Virus record (IMG/VR): IMGVR_UViG_3300025133_000036
Location: 32,001-96,000 of that record
DNA: 64,000 nucleotides
Direction: 5' to 3' (one strand)
DNA from: a virus
Shown: in pieces, positions 41,348 to 51,468 of the stretch
Layout: each line of letters opens with the position of its first letter
Numbering within the stretch: position 1 is the first letter of the stretch
Notes under the pieces: model-generated
What the model saw: only the letters and a program-made list of their open reading frames with translations
Told to the model about the DNA's origin: nothing
Databases searched by the model: none
Program-made: the position numbers and the translations under genes

Positions 41348-44300
41348 ATGCCTGCTGCTAAAAAAGGTAAAGGTCCTAACAAACCGCCTAAACAACAAAG
41401 CACTAGTAAGGTGTGGCGGGAATCAATAAAGGCCGCTGGCGAATCTGAAAAAGCATGGAAAAAAGCTGAGAAAGCTGCTGAAAGTGGGGAAAAAGCTAAA
41501 ATAGCTGCTGCTAAAGCAGCAAAAGCTGCGTGGGATCAATCTATACAAACCTCTAAAGAGGCTAGAAAAGAATACTTCGTAGCTAGAAAATACGCAAATA
41601 CCTTTTATAATGAAGTTATGGCCGGAGCCAAAGCAATTGCCGATCAAGGCGGTGAGTTTGGTAAACTAACTGGAAAAGCCAAAAAAACCTGGGCATCTGC
41701 CGGTGCAGCCGCACAAAAATATTATCAGAATGGTGATAAAGCTAATTTAAAATCAATGCGAGTTCTGAAGGACGTTGAAGACAAATTGAATTCAGCTCAA
41801 AATGATAAATCACAACTTACCGCTGCAAATCTTGCACTATTAGAAGCAGAAATTTTAACTAAAGATCAAATACTCCAATTAGATAAGGAAGATCAAGCTA
41901 CTGCTGAAAAAATTGTAGAAGTTCAAAAAGATAAGCTTGCTATTTTAAAACGAGAAGCAAAGTTACAAGACAAAATAAACGATGCTAAAACAGAAGGCCT
42001 AAATATGGTTGAAAAAATGAAACAAGGCTTCCATAATTTAATGTCAGTTCAGGGCCTATTGTTGGCCGGTGTAACTGCACTTATTGCAGTATTAAAACAA
42101 GGCATTGTAAACACGAAGGCGATTAATACTCAATTAGGTGTAGGTGTTGCATCTTCTGCGGCAATGGCAAAAAATCTAGCATTTGCCGCTCCACTTGCAG
42201 CAGCAGCTGGTTTCAGTGAAGAAATGTCATCTGCGGCAGCAAACGCAGCTTTAGTCTCAGGTAATCTAGATTTAGCAAAGAATGCCGCTATCGCAGTTAG
42301 CGATGCAGCAATAGCTTTTCAGACTGGAATGGAGCCAGAACAAGTTGCTCAACTAGCAGAAAATTTAGCAATAACAACAGACCTATCAAGAGAAGGCGCT
42401 TCAGCAATGTTAGGATCAGTAGCATCTTTAGCTGAAATGAATAAAGTTGCACCTAAAAAGGTCTTAGAAGATTTAGCGAACAATGCAGAATCAATGGCAA
42501 AATTTACGGATGGAAGTGCAGAGAGCTTAGCTAAAGCAGCAGTTCAAGCCGCAAGACTTGGCATTGAACTTTCAAAATCTGCTGCTATCGGTGATAAGTT
42601 ACTCGATCTTGAAGAATCTATTGCATCAGAATTTGAAGCATCTGTATTAATCGGGAAAGAATTAAATTATGATAGAGCTAGACAATTAGCTCTAAATAAT
42701 GATATTGAAGGTGCCGTTGGCGAAATTGTGAATCAATTAGGTTCTGAAGCAGAATTTAATAAAATGAACGCAATACAGAGACAGGCACTTGCAGATTCAA
42801 TCGGTGTCGGCGTTGAGGATTTAGCGTCAATGGTTTCTAAACGTGGCAAAGCAGATTTAGATACAGGTAGCGATGTCCCGGCGAAACAATTAAAAACGCA
42901 AATGGATCTTGTCAAACAAGGTTATATTATGAGTGGTAAAGCAGAAGAGCATTTGGATTTATTAGGTAATATACTTTCTGCAATTATAGCTCTTGGTGCT
43001 GGCCAATTACTCGGTAAACTCACCGGTAGAATGGGAAAAGGAATAGGACGAGCAGTTACGAACATGTTAAGTAGAGGAAAAGCAGGAGCTAGACTCGCAA
43101 GAATGAGCGGCGGAGGAAAATTTGCGCGCGCTAGAGGTATGATTCGAGGTGCTGCAGGCTCTGGTTTAGGTAAAGCTGTAGGAATTGCAGGAGCAGCTAT
43201 TGAAGGATTTAAAGCGTTTGGTAATTTGAAAAAAGGTTTCTTTGACAAAGGTGTTCCTGAAGCTGAAAGAAATGAAGCCCGAGGTGCAGGTGTTGGTGGC
43301 GCTGCTGGACTTGCGATTGGTGCAGTATTAGGCGGTCCAATCGGTGCTGCAATAGGAGGTTTTGTCGGTAGAAAACTTGGCGGATATATGGGTAAGAATT
43401 GGAAGAGTATCAAAAAATTTGGTAAAAATTTAGGTGCTCTAACGAAAAAAGGATTCATAGCAGGTGTAAAAGGAATTAAAGCATACTACGGCGGAATATA
43501 TGATTTAGGTAAAAAAGGATTTGAAAAAGGTAAAGAAATATTAGGAGAGTTTGGACCTAAAGTAGTTGATATGGGTAAAAAGATTGGTGGATTTGGATTG
43601 AAAATTCTTAAAACTGCAACACCAATTGGATTAGCTCAAAAAGCAATTGCTGGACTTAAAGATAATATGCCAGCAATCAAAGAAGGTTTATCAAAAGCAC
43701 GAGATACTTTTGTTAACGTGGCAAATTCTATAGGTGAGAAAGTCGGTTCAGGTTTAAAGACTGCAAAGGACAAATTTGTTAGCGTGGCAAATTCTATAGG
43801 TGAGAAAGTCGGTTCAGGTTTAATGGCTGCAAAGAACAAAGCTAACGAATTCAAAGAAAACGTTAAACAAAAATTCTCATCGGCTATCAACACTGCAAAA
43901 AGTAAAATGGCTGAATTAAGTTCAGCTACACACGAAGCTTTAGTTACGAAATTTCAAAGCGTAAAAACAAAAGTTCAGGAAGTTGCAAATGCTTTACCTG
44001 GACTAATTTCTGGAGCATTAAGTAAAGCTGGAGCTCTTCATGCGGCATTTGTTGAAAATGGCGGTTTAGTGGGCGCAGCAACTGATGCATGGAAGTTCGG
44101 GAAGGAATTTGTCTTTGGAAAAGAAAAACAAAAAGAAAAAGGTGGCCCAATTACTAAGTCAGGTACGTATCTTGTAGGTGAAGCAGGTCCTGAATTGGTT
44201 AATCTCTCTGCTGGATCCCATGTTGTTCCAAATAATAAACTACAAGGAGGTTTAGAACAAGGACAATACGGTGAAGTAGACCTTGAACCTTTAGTTGCAG

Positions 44301-44398
44301 CAATAATGAGTTTAAAAACTGAATTACAGCAAATTAAAGGACATACTAAAAATACCTCAAAAGGCGTTTCTAATATTTCAATAGGGAGTACAACGTAA
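41348..44398 (+). CDS. Tape measure protein
   Basis: 1016 aa Ala/Gly/Lys-rich helical protein with GGxxG hydrophobic stretches and C-terminal GGPI...YLVGEAGPELV; lies after the tube and chaperone genes. Confidence 0.85.
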   Translation: MPAAKKGKGPNKPPKQQSTSKVWRESIKAAGESEKAWKKAEKAAESGEKAKIAAAKAAKAAWDQSIQTSKEARKEYFVARKYANTFYNEVMAGAKAIADQGGEFGKLTGKAKKTWASAGAAAQKYYQNGDKANLKSMRVLKDVEDKLNSAQNDKSQLTAANLALLEAEILTKDQILQLDKEDQATAEKIVEVQKDKLAILKREAKLQDKINDAKTEGLNMVEKMKQGFHNLMSVQGLLLAGVTALIAVLKQGIVNTKAINTQLGVGVASSAAMAKNLAFAAPLAAAAGFSEEMSSAAANAALVSGNLDLAKNAAIAVSDAAIAFQTGMEPEQVAQLAENLAITTDLSREGASAMLGSVASLAEMNKVAPKKVLEDLANNAESMAKFTDGSAESLAKAAVQAARLGIELSKSAAIGDKLLDLEESIASEFEASVLIGKELNYDRARQLALNNDIEGAVGEIVNQLGSEAEFNKMNAIQRQALADSIGVGVEDLASMVSKRGKADLDTGSDVPAKQLKTQMDLVKQGYIMSGKAEEHLDLLGNILSAIIALGAGQLLGKLTGRMGKGIGRAVTNMLSRGKAGARLARMSGGGKFARARGMIRGAAGSGLGKAVGIAGAAIEGFKAFGNLKKGFFDKGVPEAERNEARGAGVGGAAGLAIGAVLGGPIGAAIGGFVGRKLGGYMGKNWKSIKKFGKNLGALTKKGFIAGVKGIKAYYGGIYDLGKKGFEKGKEILGEFGPKVVDMGKKIGGFGLKILKTATPIGLAQKAIAGLKDNMPAIKEGLSKARDTFVNVANSIGEKVGSGLKTAKDKFVSVANSIGEKVGSGLMAAKNKANEFKENVKQKFSSAINTAKSKMAELSSATHEALVTKFQSVKTKVQEVANALPGLISGALSKAGALHAAFVENGGLVGAATDAWKFGKEFVFGKEKQKEKGGPITKSGTYLVGEAGPELVNLSAGSHVVPNNKLQGGLEQGQYGEVDLEPLVAAIMSLKTELQQIKGHTKNTSKGVSNISIGSTT
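43709..43840 (+). repeat. 66-nt (22-aa) tandem duplication in the tape measure gene
   Basis: FVNVANSIGEKVGSGLKTAKDK / FVSVANSIGEKVGSGLMAAKNK. Confidence 0.9.
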
Positions 44399-47300
44399 TG
44401 GCATTAAAGGATTTCAACGCAAGTAAAATTAAAAGTTGGACATACCATGATACGTCTGCGAAAGAGCCACAAACATTTGATGACATCCATTCAGGTACTA
44501 TCGTCACTGGACAAAGAGACAAAATTGAAGAGCAATATATGGAAGGTCTGAAAACAACTCAGGATGTATCCGCCTATGACATACAATCTGATCCTCCATC
44601 AGCCCAAACTTTTCAAGCAGGTACATATACGGTCACCGGTATTCGGGATTTAATTGAGGCGAAATTTTTAGAAGGTAATCCATTAACAAGTAAAAATAAC
44701 GCTACTACATTAGATGACGTAATCGGTTTTAAACCTGATACGGGACAAACATATAACGTTGGTCCCTACACTGTTACAGGTGATAAAACAAAAATAGAAA
44801 CACTATTAGATTCATTTGAAGCGGATCCGTTACAATATGTGGATTCATTGGCTGGATATAGTCAAGTTGTTGATCAAATTGATAGTGCGAACCCACAAAT
44901 CTTTACTATATCAAACAGTGCCGGAGAATATTCAATAACAGGTTTACATGGTTCTATTGTATTTGATGATTTAGATGATTTAAAAACAAAAAGTCTAGTT
45001 ATAAAAACACTTGGTGATAAAATAGAATCTGCAACAATGCGTTCATGGGCTGCACCAGATGTTAATAGTGCACAAAAAGGGTGGAGACAGGTTCCAATTG
45101 GACTTAGAGATTTTGGAACAGGTGAACTTGATTCAACTCCAATTAAACTTGGTGGAGATGCGACATTCCCAGGGTTTACAGTATATCCTAAAACACCGCA
45201 ATGGGCCCAATCTGTAACGGAAAACTATACAGATATTATAACAACAAATAGTTTTTATGGCAGATTCACTGGAAAATTATCTTCGCTCGCACTCGATAAT
45301 CCATCAGGTGGAGATTCCGTATTAGGTAACCCGTTTACGTCTGTTGATACACTATTTGGTTTATCAGCCGGCTTTTATTTAGGCATCCGCGGGATAACGT
45401 TAGGTAATATTTTAGGTAAACCTCAATATACTAAGCATACAACTATTTACGGGTATGATGAAAGTGGAGTTACAGGTGAAGCAGCTTTAGTAGAACCTGA
45501 TGAATGGGATGGTCAAAGTGACTTTGATCGCGATGAAATGCCAAAAATGATGTATCTGTATGATAAGTTCATTCTTGGACCCGATACAGTAGACGACCCA
45601 CATGTGGAAGCTTACCAGTTTAAAGCCGGTCATTTAGGTTTTTCAAAAGACGCATTGCAAGGTGCATCAAATTTCGCAGCTGCTGGTGCAAGTTTCGTTA
45701 TGAACTGGATTCTTAGTTCATTTGATGAAAAATATCCTATAATTCCTACAAGGAATCAAGTTAATATGAAGGGTGCCGGCAAAGATTACTTGTCTCAAAC
45801 TAGCACAAAATATTTTGATTCTTCAAATGATAAAGCTTCAAGTGATACAAGCAAATCCGTTCCATCTTTAGCAACCATTGTATTAAACAGAGATGATTCA
45901 CCGTTTATTTCACAGACTTTTCTTGATGCATCTGGAACTGATCCGTCAAAGCTTGAAGACGCAGACTTAAAAAATAAACCTTTATTAGTAACCTTATATA
46001 AAAAATTAATACTAGATGGCAGTCAAATACTTGGTGATGAATATAAAACATTATTTGATAAATCTGCACATAAAAGCATGTTTCCAAATTCATCGGTATT
46101 ACCACAACATCCTCAAGGTGGAACAGCACAAGGTAAAGCATATACAGATTCTCAAAAATATGTTTCACAAGCCGAAAAACCTAGAACATATCAAGGCGAT
46201 AAAGCAACAATAGCTGGAGGAGATAATCCATTTTTATTTTATTCAAAACACTCCACAACAAATTTACGATATGACGTAGACGGCGATACAGAATTATCAT
46301 CAAGATATGATACAAGTGAATTCGCAAAACATGAGGTTCTTAAAGGTTTTATTGCAACTGGAAGCTTAGACCATACGAAACCTATGAAAAGTAAACTTGT
46401 TGATAAAATTGAAAATGATATCACATCGCCACTTGGCTTTACAGATGATGATTCAGCAGGTAAAATTCCAATCGTTGGACGTAAAAAATTAACAGAAAAG
46501 GGTCATGCATTACCATATGACAAACTTGGAAAAGAAAAAAATAGAAAATATGGTGAAATATTAATGAGCCCAAGTGAATTCGCGGCGGTTGAAGAACTTC
46601 CAACTGAAGTAGCTGGACTAGTTAAATTAAACGAGAATAAACAACTAGATATGACCAGTACAGAACCTAAATTTGCTAGAAATGAAGGAGCTAAAAAAGT
46701 TTATAACATTGGAAAAAATGGTTTTGTTAAAATAGATCCGGCCAGTACACAGACAACCTCTGTATACGATGATGCACTTGGGTTAGTCAAATTAAGTGGT
46801 GATGGTGATAACAAGTATAAAACAGATCACATTGATAAAGTTAATATGGTTGCTTACCGGAATTCTGAGGATGATCATAGCGTTGGAACATATGAAGACT
46901 TAGATTTTGTGCCATTAGTATTTCAAGATGTTTACAATGAAAAGGATATAGTATTTAGGGCTATCCTTGGTGCTATAGAAGATAAACATACCCCAGATTG
47001 GGAAGAACAGAGTTTTATCGGCAGACCAGTAAAGAGTCATGTATATAAAGGAGTCGATAGAGAAATAAGTTTTGACTTTAAAGTTTATCCTAAAACAAAA
47101 CAAGAATTTCCTGTTTTGCTAGAAAAAGTAAATTATCTTTCAGGGTTAGCATATCCAAATTTAGATCAATATTATAGAATGTCTGGACCATTATGTAAAT
47201 TAACACTTGGAGATATCTGTAAACGTCAATTAGGCTTCTTAAGTGATATTAGTGTTACATTTCCTGAAGACAGTCCTTGGGAAATTCAAAAAGGATTAAG

Positions 47301-47505
47301 ATTTACGAAACTGATCAATGTTGCCGTTACTTTCAAATATATTGGCGGATACATCCCAGTTTCAACCGGAAAACACTATGAATTAAATTGGCTTGACGGT
47401 GAGCATTATAGTAAAACTGGTGTAGCATTTGGATCCGACGAAGTTGATAGAAGTAATGATTCAAATATGCAAAAGATATTCGCCTCAGCGACGAAGGTAA
47501 CATAG
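44398..47505 (+). CDS. Baseplate/tail-tube initiator-like protein (gp48/gp54-like C-terminal domain) with long N-terminal region
   Basis: The C-terminal ~200 aa have FRA.L..I.D...PDW....IGR....VYKG..REISFDFKV and PLCKLTLGD. Confidence 0.7.
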   Translation: MALKDFNASKIKSWTYHDTSAKEPQTFDDIHSGTIVTGQRDKIEEQYMEGLKTTQDVSAYDIQSDPPSAQTFQAGTYTVTGIRDLIEAKFLEGNPLTSKNNATTLDDVIGFKPDTGQTYNVGPYTVTGDKTKIETLLDSFEADPLQYVDSLAGYSQVVDQIDSANPQIFTISNSAGEYSITGLHGSIVFDDLDDLKTKSLVIKTLGDKIESATMRSWAAPDVNSAQKGWRQVPIGLRDFGTGELDSTPIKLGGDATFPGFTVYPKTPQWAQSVTENYTDIITTNSFYGRFTGKLSSLALDNPSGGDSVLGNPFTSVDTLFGLSAGFYLGIRGITLGNILGKPQYTKHTTIYGYDESGVTGEAALVEPDEWDGQSDFDRDEMPKMMYLYDKFILGPDTVDDPHVEAYQFKAGHLGFSKDALQGASNFAAAGASFVMNWILSSFDEKYPIIPTRNQVNMKGAGKDYLSQTSTKYFDSSNDKASSDTSKSVPSLATIVLNRDDSPFISQTFLDASGTDPSKLEDADLKNKPLLVTLYKKLILDGSQILGDEYKTLFDKSAHKSMFPNSSVLPQHPQGGTAQGKAYTDSQKYVSQAEKPRTYQGDKATIAGGDNPFLFYSKHSTTNLRYDVDGDTELSSRYDTSEFAKHEVLKGFIATGSLDHTKPMKSKLVDKIENDITSPLGFTDDDSAGKIPIVGRKKLTEKGHALPYDKLGKEKNRKYGEILMSPSEFAAVEELPTEVAGLVKLNENKQLDMTSTEPKFARNEGAKKVYNIGKNGFVKIDPASTQTTSVYDDALGLVKLSGDGDNKYKTDHIDKVNMVAYRNSEDDHSVGTYEDLDFVPLVFQDVYNEKDIVFRAILGAIEDKHTPDWEEQSFIGRPVKSHVYKGVDREISFDFKVYPKTKQEFPVLLEKVNYLSGLAYPNLDQYYRMSGPLCKLTLGDICKRQLGFLSDISVTFPEDSPWEIQKGLRFTKLINVAVTFKYIGGYIPVSTGKHYELNWLDGEHYSKTGVAFGSDEVDRSNDSNMQKIFASATKVT

Positions 47506-47508
47506 ACA

Positions 47509-47814
47509 ATGTTTAATAGATATAATAATGCAAGAATAAAAAGAGATGAAAAAACCCAATCTAGGTATTTTAAGCCGTCTTTTTACCCGGACATACCTGA
47601 AAAAGATACAGATATTTTTCATACTGTTAGACCTGGTGAACGTTTAGATTTATTAGCACATAAATACTATAAAGATGTCGGACTGTGGTGGATCATAAGT
47701 AGAGCAAATAGATTAGATCCATCTGATATAGGGTTACGAGCTGCAACTCAACTTAGAATACCTACCGATATTGGAGAAGTAATCCGATCTTTTAAATCTA
47801 TAAACATGGAGTAA
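47509..47814 (+). CDS. LysM-like baseplate wedge protein (gp53/tail-X-like)
   Basis: GERLDLLAHKYYKDVGLWWIISRAN...LRIP. Confidence 0.85.
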   Translation: MFNRYNNARIKRDEKTQSRYFKPSFYPDIPEKDTDIFHTVRPGERLDLLAHKYYKDVGLWWIISRANRLDPSDIGLRAATQLRIPTDIGEVIRSFKSINME

Positions 47815-47818
47815 TTCA

Positions 47819-50764
47819 TTGGGAATATTCAGAAAAAATATAGATCGCAATATTCAGATCGGATTAAATGCACGAATAAACGCAATGAGTACTTATGGTG
47901 AGACGCCCATCATAAATGATCAATTATCTTCTGTTTCAGATCCAGAGTTACAAGCCGCTGAATTTACATTAAGTAAAGAGGCCCAAATTGCAAAATCACC
48001 ATTCGTACGCTTAATCGCTCCAGGTACACAAAATACTCATATCCTATATGGTATGTTTAATACGACTATTGAATCTTCTGGTGTAACTAAAGCTGAATTT
48101 GGATCTTCTGCGGTAGATGCATTTACTTCTTTACAAGATAATGTTAAAGGCTCTGAACAAGCGTTTTATAATCTAGATGATGCAACAAATTCTCAATCTG
48201 CGGGTTATGAGTTCGGAAGACCAACACCTGGAATAACACAAGTATCTGTTGATTTTATTAAGACAGGAGGAGCCGTAAGGAAAGCCACGATTAATTGGAC
48301 AGTATTTGGACTTAGCGATTTAGAAAAATATCATGAAACTTTTTTGTCTTTAGGCAGGTATGTGATATTAGATTGGGGTTGGGTTAGGAGCGTTAAAGGA
48401 TTAGACAATATTCCTTCATTAGTTAAAACTGAAGGTTCGCGAACACAAGTCGATCCTTCTCTATTTAAAAAGGAAGAAAAAGAGATTGACGGTAAAAAAG
48501 TTTCTAATGGCCCTTCAATGTGGCAAAAAATGTTTACTGATTATTATGGCGATTGGTCCGGACTAGTTGGAGTTATATCAAAATTCGATTGGGAACAAAG
48601 AGAAGATGGCGGCTTCAATTGTACTACAGAAGTAATGGCCCAAGGAACTAGCATATTTCAACAAGATTTACCTAAAGTAAAAGATAAAGCACTACGTCAA
48701 GAAGTTTCGATGGACGTAAAAAGTTTTGACGATTTTATGCTGGATTTTGCAAACGATTTATCCGGAGCCGTTAGAGATCATGAAGGAAATCCAATGCGAC
48801 TTGATCCATCTAAAGTACAAGAGACTATGTCCGGTCCCAAATTAAATATTGTAGAACGTATTGCAAGTCTTGACGTTGAAATAATGGATAAATATTTCGG
48901 ACACATTATTGCGGAAAGACTTGATCTATTATCTAGAGTTCAGTCTGGAGAATTAACTGCGGGTACAGAAGAGTATGAAGGAGACAGTACTTATGAATTA
49001 CCTGGAGCATTTCTTTCTAACGATAAAAATATTGCAGCAATAATACACCCAACTAATACTACCATTCCTGGAGGTTATGTTGAACTGTTCAGTAGTGAAA
49101 ACGAAGATTCGACTAAACGCGCAGCAGATTTTTCATCTAATATATGGGTCAAATGGGGTTGGTTTGAAGATAATGTCGTATCGTATTATTGTAGAACTAG
49201 ATCAAAAGATGGTCCACGTGACATTGAATTTAGATCTATAATGCCAGAAAAATTAAACGGTCCAACACACGCAATACCAATATACAATTCACCAGAACTT
49301 TGGACATATGATCCATCATTGTTCATACTCCCAGGCCAAACTAATGAAGAGTGGTTTCAGCAAACTATACCAAAAGATGAAAACGGAAAAAACGGACCGC
49401 CCATAGCGTCTTTATACGAAAAATTAGCAAAAAAAATTAATTCAAATTGTGAACCATTTGGTAATGATGCAAAAGATGTCGGATATCTTAGAAATATGTA
49501 TGTAAACTTAAAACTCATCCAAAATAATTTCACCGCCGGCGCTCAAAGTATTAATAGTGCAATGTTAAATGTTTGTAGAGCATTAAATTCCGGAATAAAA
49601 ATTTGGGATTGGGAAACATATTCACAAGACAATTTAACAAATACTTTAGTTACTCAATTCATATATGATAAAAATGACCCACCACGAATAACGAAACCGG
49701 CAACGGATTCTAGTAGCGATCCACTTCCATCATTTGATGACGACCCTAAAAAAGCTTACATTTTTGAAAATTACGGTTTTAATTCGATAATAAAAGACGT
49801 TACTGTTAAAACAGAAATATCGAGTAAAATGTCCGCAATGATGGGAATAAATAGAGGGAATCCGGATAGTGAAACTACTGACGCAATAAAAACAATAATT
49901 AGTAAACCGCCTGGAAGTAAAAGTGATGCAGAAGTAGAAGCTGAAGCTTATGCAAACTTTTTTTCATCATTTAACCAAACAGATAAAGATACGTTAGCTT
50001 CTGGCGTTATTTCTGAAGACGATTCTACTTATGGAAATTCTTCCGTTACCACTTCTTCTCCGGGAAATTTAAATATATCTGGATTAGATTCGGCAACTAC
50101 AAAGTGGAATCACAATATAAATCCATTATTGATACGCGCTAATCCAACGTCAAAAGCCAACTTTGCAGAAATGGCAGAAAAAAAGATGCATGAACAATTA
50201 GCTTCACAAGAATCAGAAATAACAACTGCCAGTGGAGATAAAGTAAAAGTAAGTGGCAATGCATTACCTACAGTAAAAGGTTCAAGTCAAGATCAAACCA
50301 TTTTACTCGAATACAGAAAACCCTATGGACTTGATGGAAAAATGAGAGCTCATTTTATACGAACATTACAATGGTACCATGAAGATAGTCCAATGACAAT
50401 GGTTAAAGCTTCTTCATCAGATATATTAATGCCGTTAAGCGTTGATATGACATTGGAGGGCTGCGGTGGAATTTATCCAGGAAATGTATTTAGACTTGCG
50501 TATTTACCGGAAAGATACGGTCAAGTACCCACACCAGGGCAACTTCCTAAAACAGGTTTTGTTATAATGGGTGTAAACCATGAAATAACTGATGGCGGTT
50601 GGGAGACAAAAATAGATGCTCAAATGTATATGATAAAAAATAATGATCCAAAATCTGGAGAATCATCAGGTGAAATAACAAAGCGCGAATTCTATGCAGA
50701 GAATAAAAACAAAATTGATGCTGCATTTAAAAAGAATTTCCAAAAGATGATTGATTTAGAATAA
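47819..50764 (+). CDS. Putative baseplate hub protein
   Basis: 981 aa after the LysM gene; PTPGITQVSV, LDWGW and C-terminal LEGCGGIYPGNVF...GVNHEITDGGWETKI. Confidence 0.65.
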   Translation: MGIFRKNIDRNIQIGLNARINAMSTYGETPIINDQLSSVSDPELQAAEFTLSKEAQIAKSPFVRLIAPGTQNTHILYGMFNTTIESSGVTKAEFGSSAVDAFTSLQDNVKGSEQAFYNLDDATNSQSAGYEFGRPTPGITQVSVDFIKTGGAVRKATINWTVFGLSDLEKYHETFLSLGRYVILDWGWVRSVKGLDNIPSLVKTEGSRTQVDPSLFKKEEKEIDGKKVSNGPSMWQKMFTDYYGDWSGLVGVISKFDWEQREDGGFNCTTEVMAQGTSIFQQDLPKVKDKALRQEVSMDVKSFDDFMLDFANDLSGAVRDHEGNPMRLDPSKVQETMSGPKLNIVERIASLDVEIMDKYFGHIIAERLDLLSRVQSGELTAGTEEYEGDSTYELPGAFLSNDKNIAAIIHPTNTTIPGGYVELFSSENEDSTKRAADFSSNIWVKWGWFEDNVVSYYCRTRSKDGPRDIEFRSIMPEKLNGPTHAIPIYNSPELWTYDPSLFILPGQTNEEWFQQTIPKDENGKNGPPIASLYEKLAKKINSNCEPFGNDAKDVGYLRNMYVNLKLIQNNFTAGAQSINSAMLNVCRALNSGIKIWDWETYSQDNLTNTLVTQFIYDKNDPPRITKPATDSSSDPLPSFDDDPKKAYIFENYGFNSIIKDVTVKTEISSKMSAMMGINRGNPDSETTDAIKTIISKPPGSKSDAEVEAEAYANFFSSFNQTDKDTLASGVISEDDSTYGNSSVTTSSPGNLNISGLDSATTKWNHNINPLLIRANPTSKANFAEMAEKKMHEQLASQESEITTASGDKVKVSGNALPTVKGSSQDQTILLEYRKPYGLDGKMRAHFIRTLQWYHEDSPMTMVKASSSDILMPLSVDMTLEGCGGIYPGNVFRLAYLPERYGQVPTPGQLPKTGFVIMGVNHEITDGGWETKIDAQMYMIKNNDPKSGESSGEITKREFYAENKNKIDAAFKKNFQKMIDLE

Positions 50765-51426
50765 TGGCAATAGAACGAACAGACGGGCCCTTTTTAACGG
50801 GTGATCATGAATTTCACTATATAGATAGTGATTTATGGGTATTACCCGAAACATCATATTTTGTCCATTATTCAACTAATAAAATAGTAACATATGAATT
50901 AGAACAAACAAAAGAACAGATTGTCGCTATGCGCAAAAAACCTTTTGAAGTATATCAAAGGATAACTAATCGATTAAGAGATATTTACCCAAAGAAAATT
51001 TATCCAACGGTGAAAAAATTACCGTTTGGACAGAAATTTATATCAAGGGTTTTTACACAAAGCAAGCTAATCCCTGGCGCGGAAATATATGAAACTATCT
51101 CTAAAACAAAGACAGCTAGTTATCGATTTGTAAAATTGGAATGGCAAATATCAGGGGCTGCAAGTCAAGCTGAATTACATAATTTTAATGAATTACAAAA
51201 AGCGGAAGCAATAATACCTGGTATATCTGAAGTAATTCCGGTTCTTCAATTGCATAAGACAAAAATCAGACGCGAAAAAGATCCTGCAAATTTGATTAAA
51301 AAGAACCATCTTTACGCTAATTCAGCTACTGATGAGGTTTTACAAAATTTAACATCCCCTACAAAAGAACAATCTAGAACGTTTAAAAAGAAACGCAAGA
51401 GAAGACGAAAATCTAAAAAGAAATAA
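50764..51426 (+). CDS. Hypothetical protein with a very basic C-terminal tail
   Basis: 220 aa; ends KKKRKRRRKSKKK. Confidence 0.7.
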   Translation: MAIERTDGPFLTGDHEFHYIDSDLWVLPETSYFVHYSTNKIVTYELEQTKEQIVAMRKKPFEVYQRITNRLRDIYPKKIYPTVKKLPFGQKFISRVFTQSKLIPGAEIYETISKTKTASYRFVKLEWQISGAASQAELHNFNELQKAEAIIPGISEVIPVLQLHKTKIRREKDPANLIKKNHLYANSATDEVLQNLTSPTKEQSRTFKKKRKRRRKSKKK

Positions 51427-51468
51427 AATAAGTCAGATTTTTCTCGAAAAAATTCATATATATTAAAA

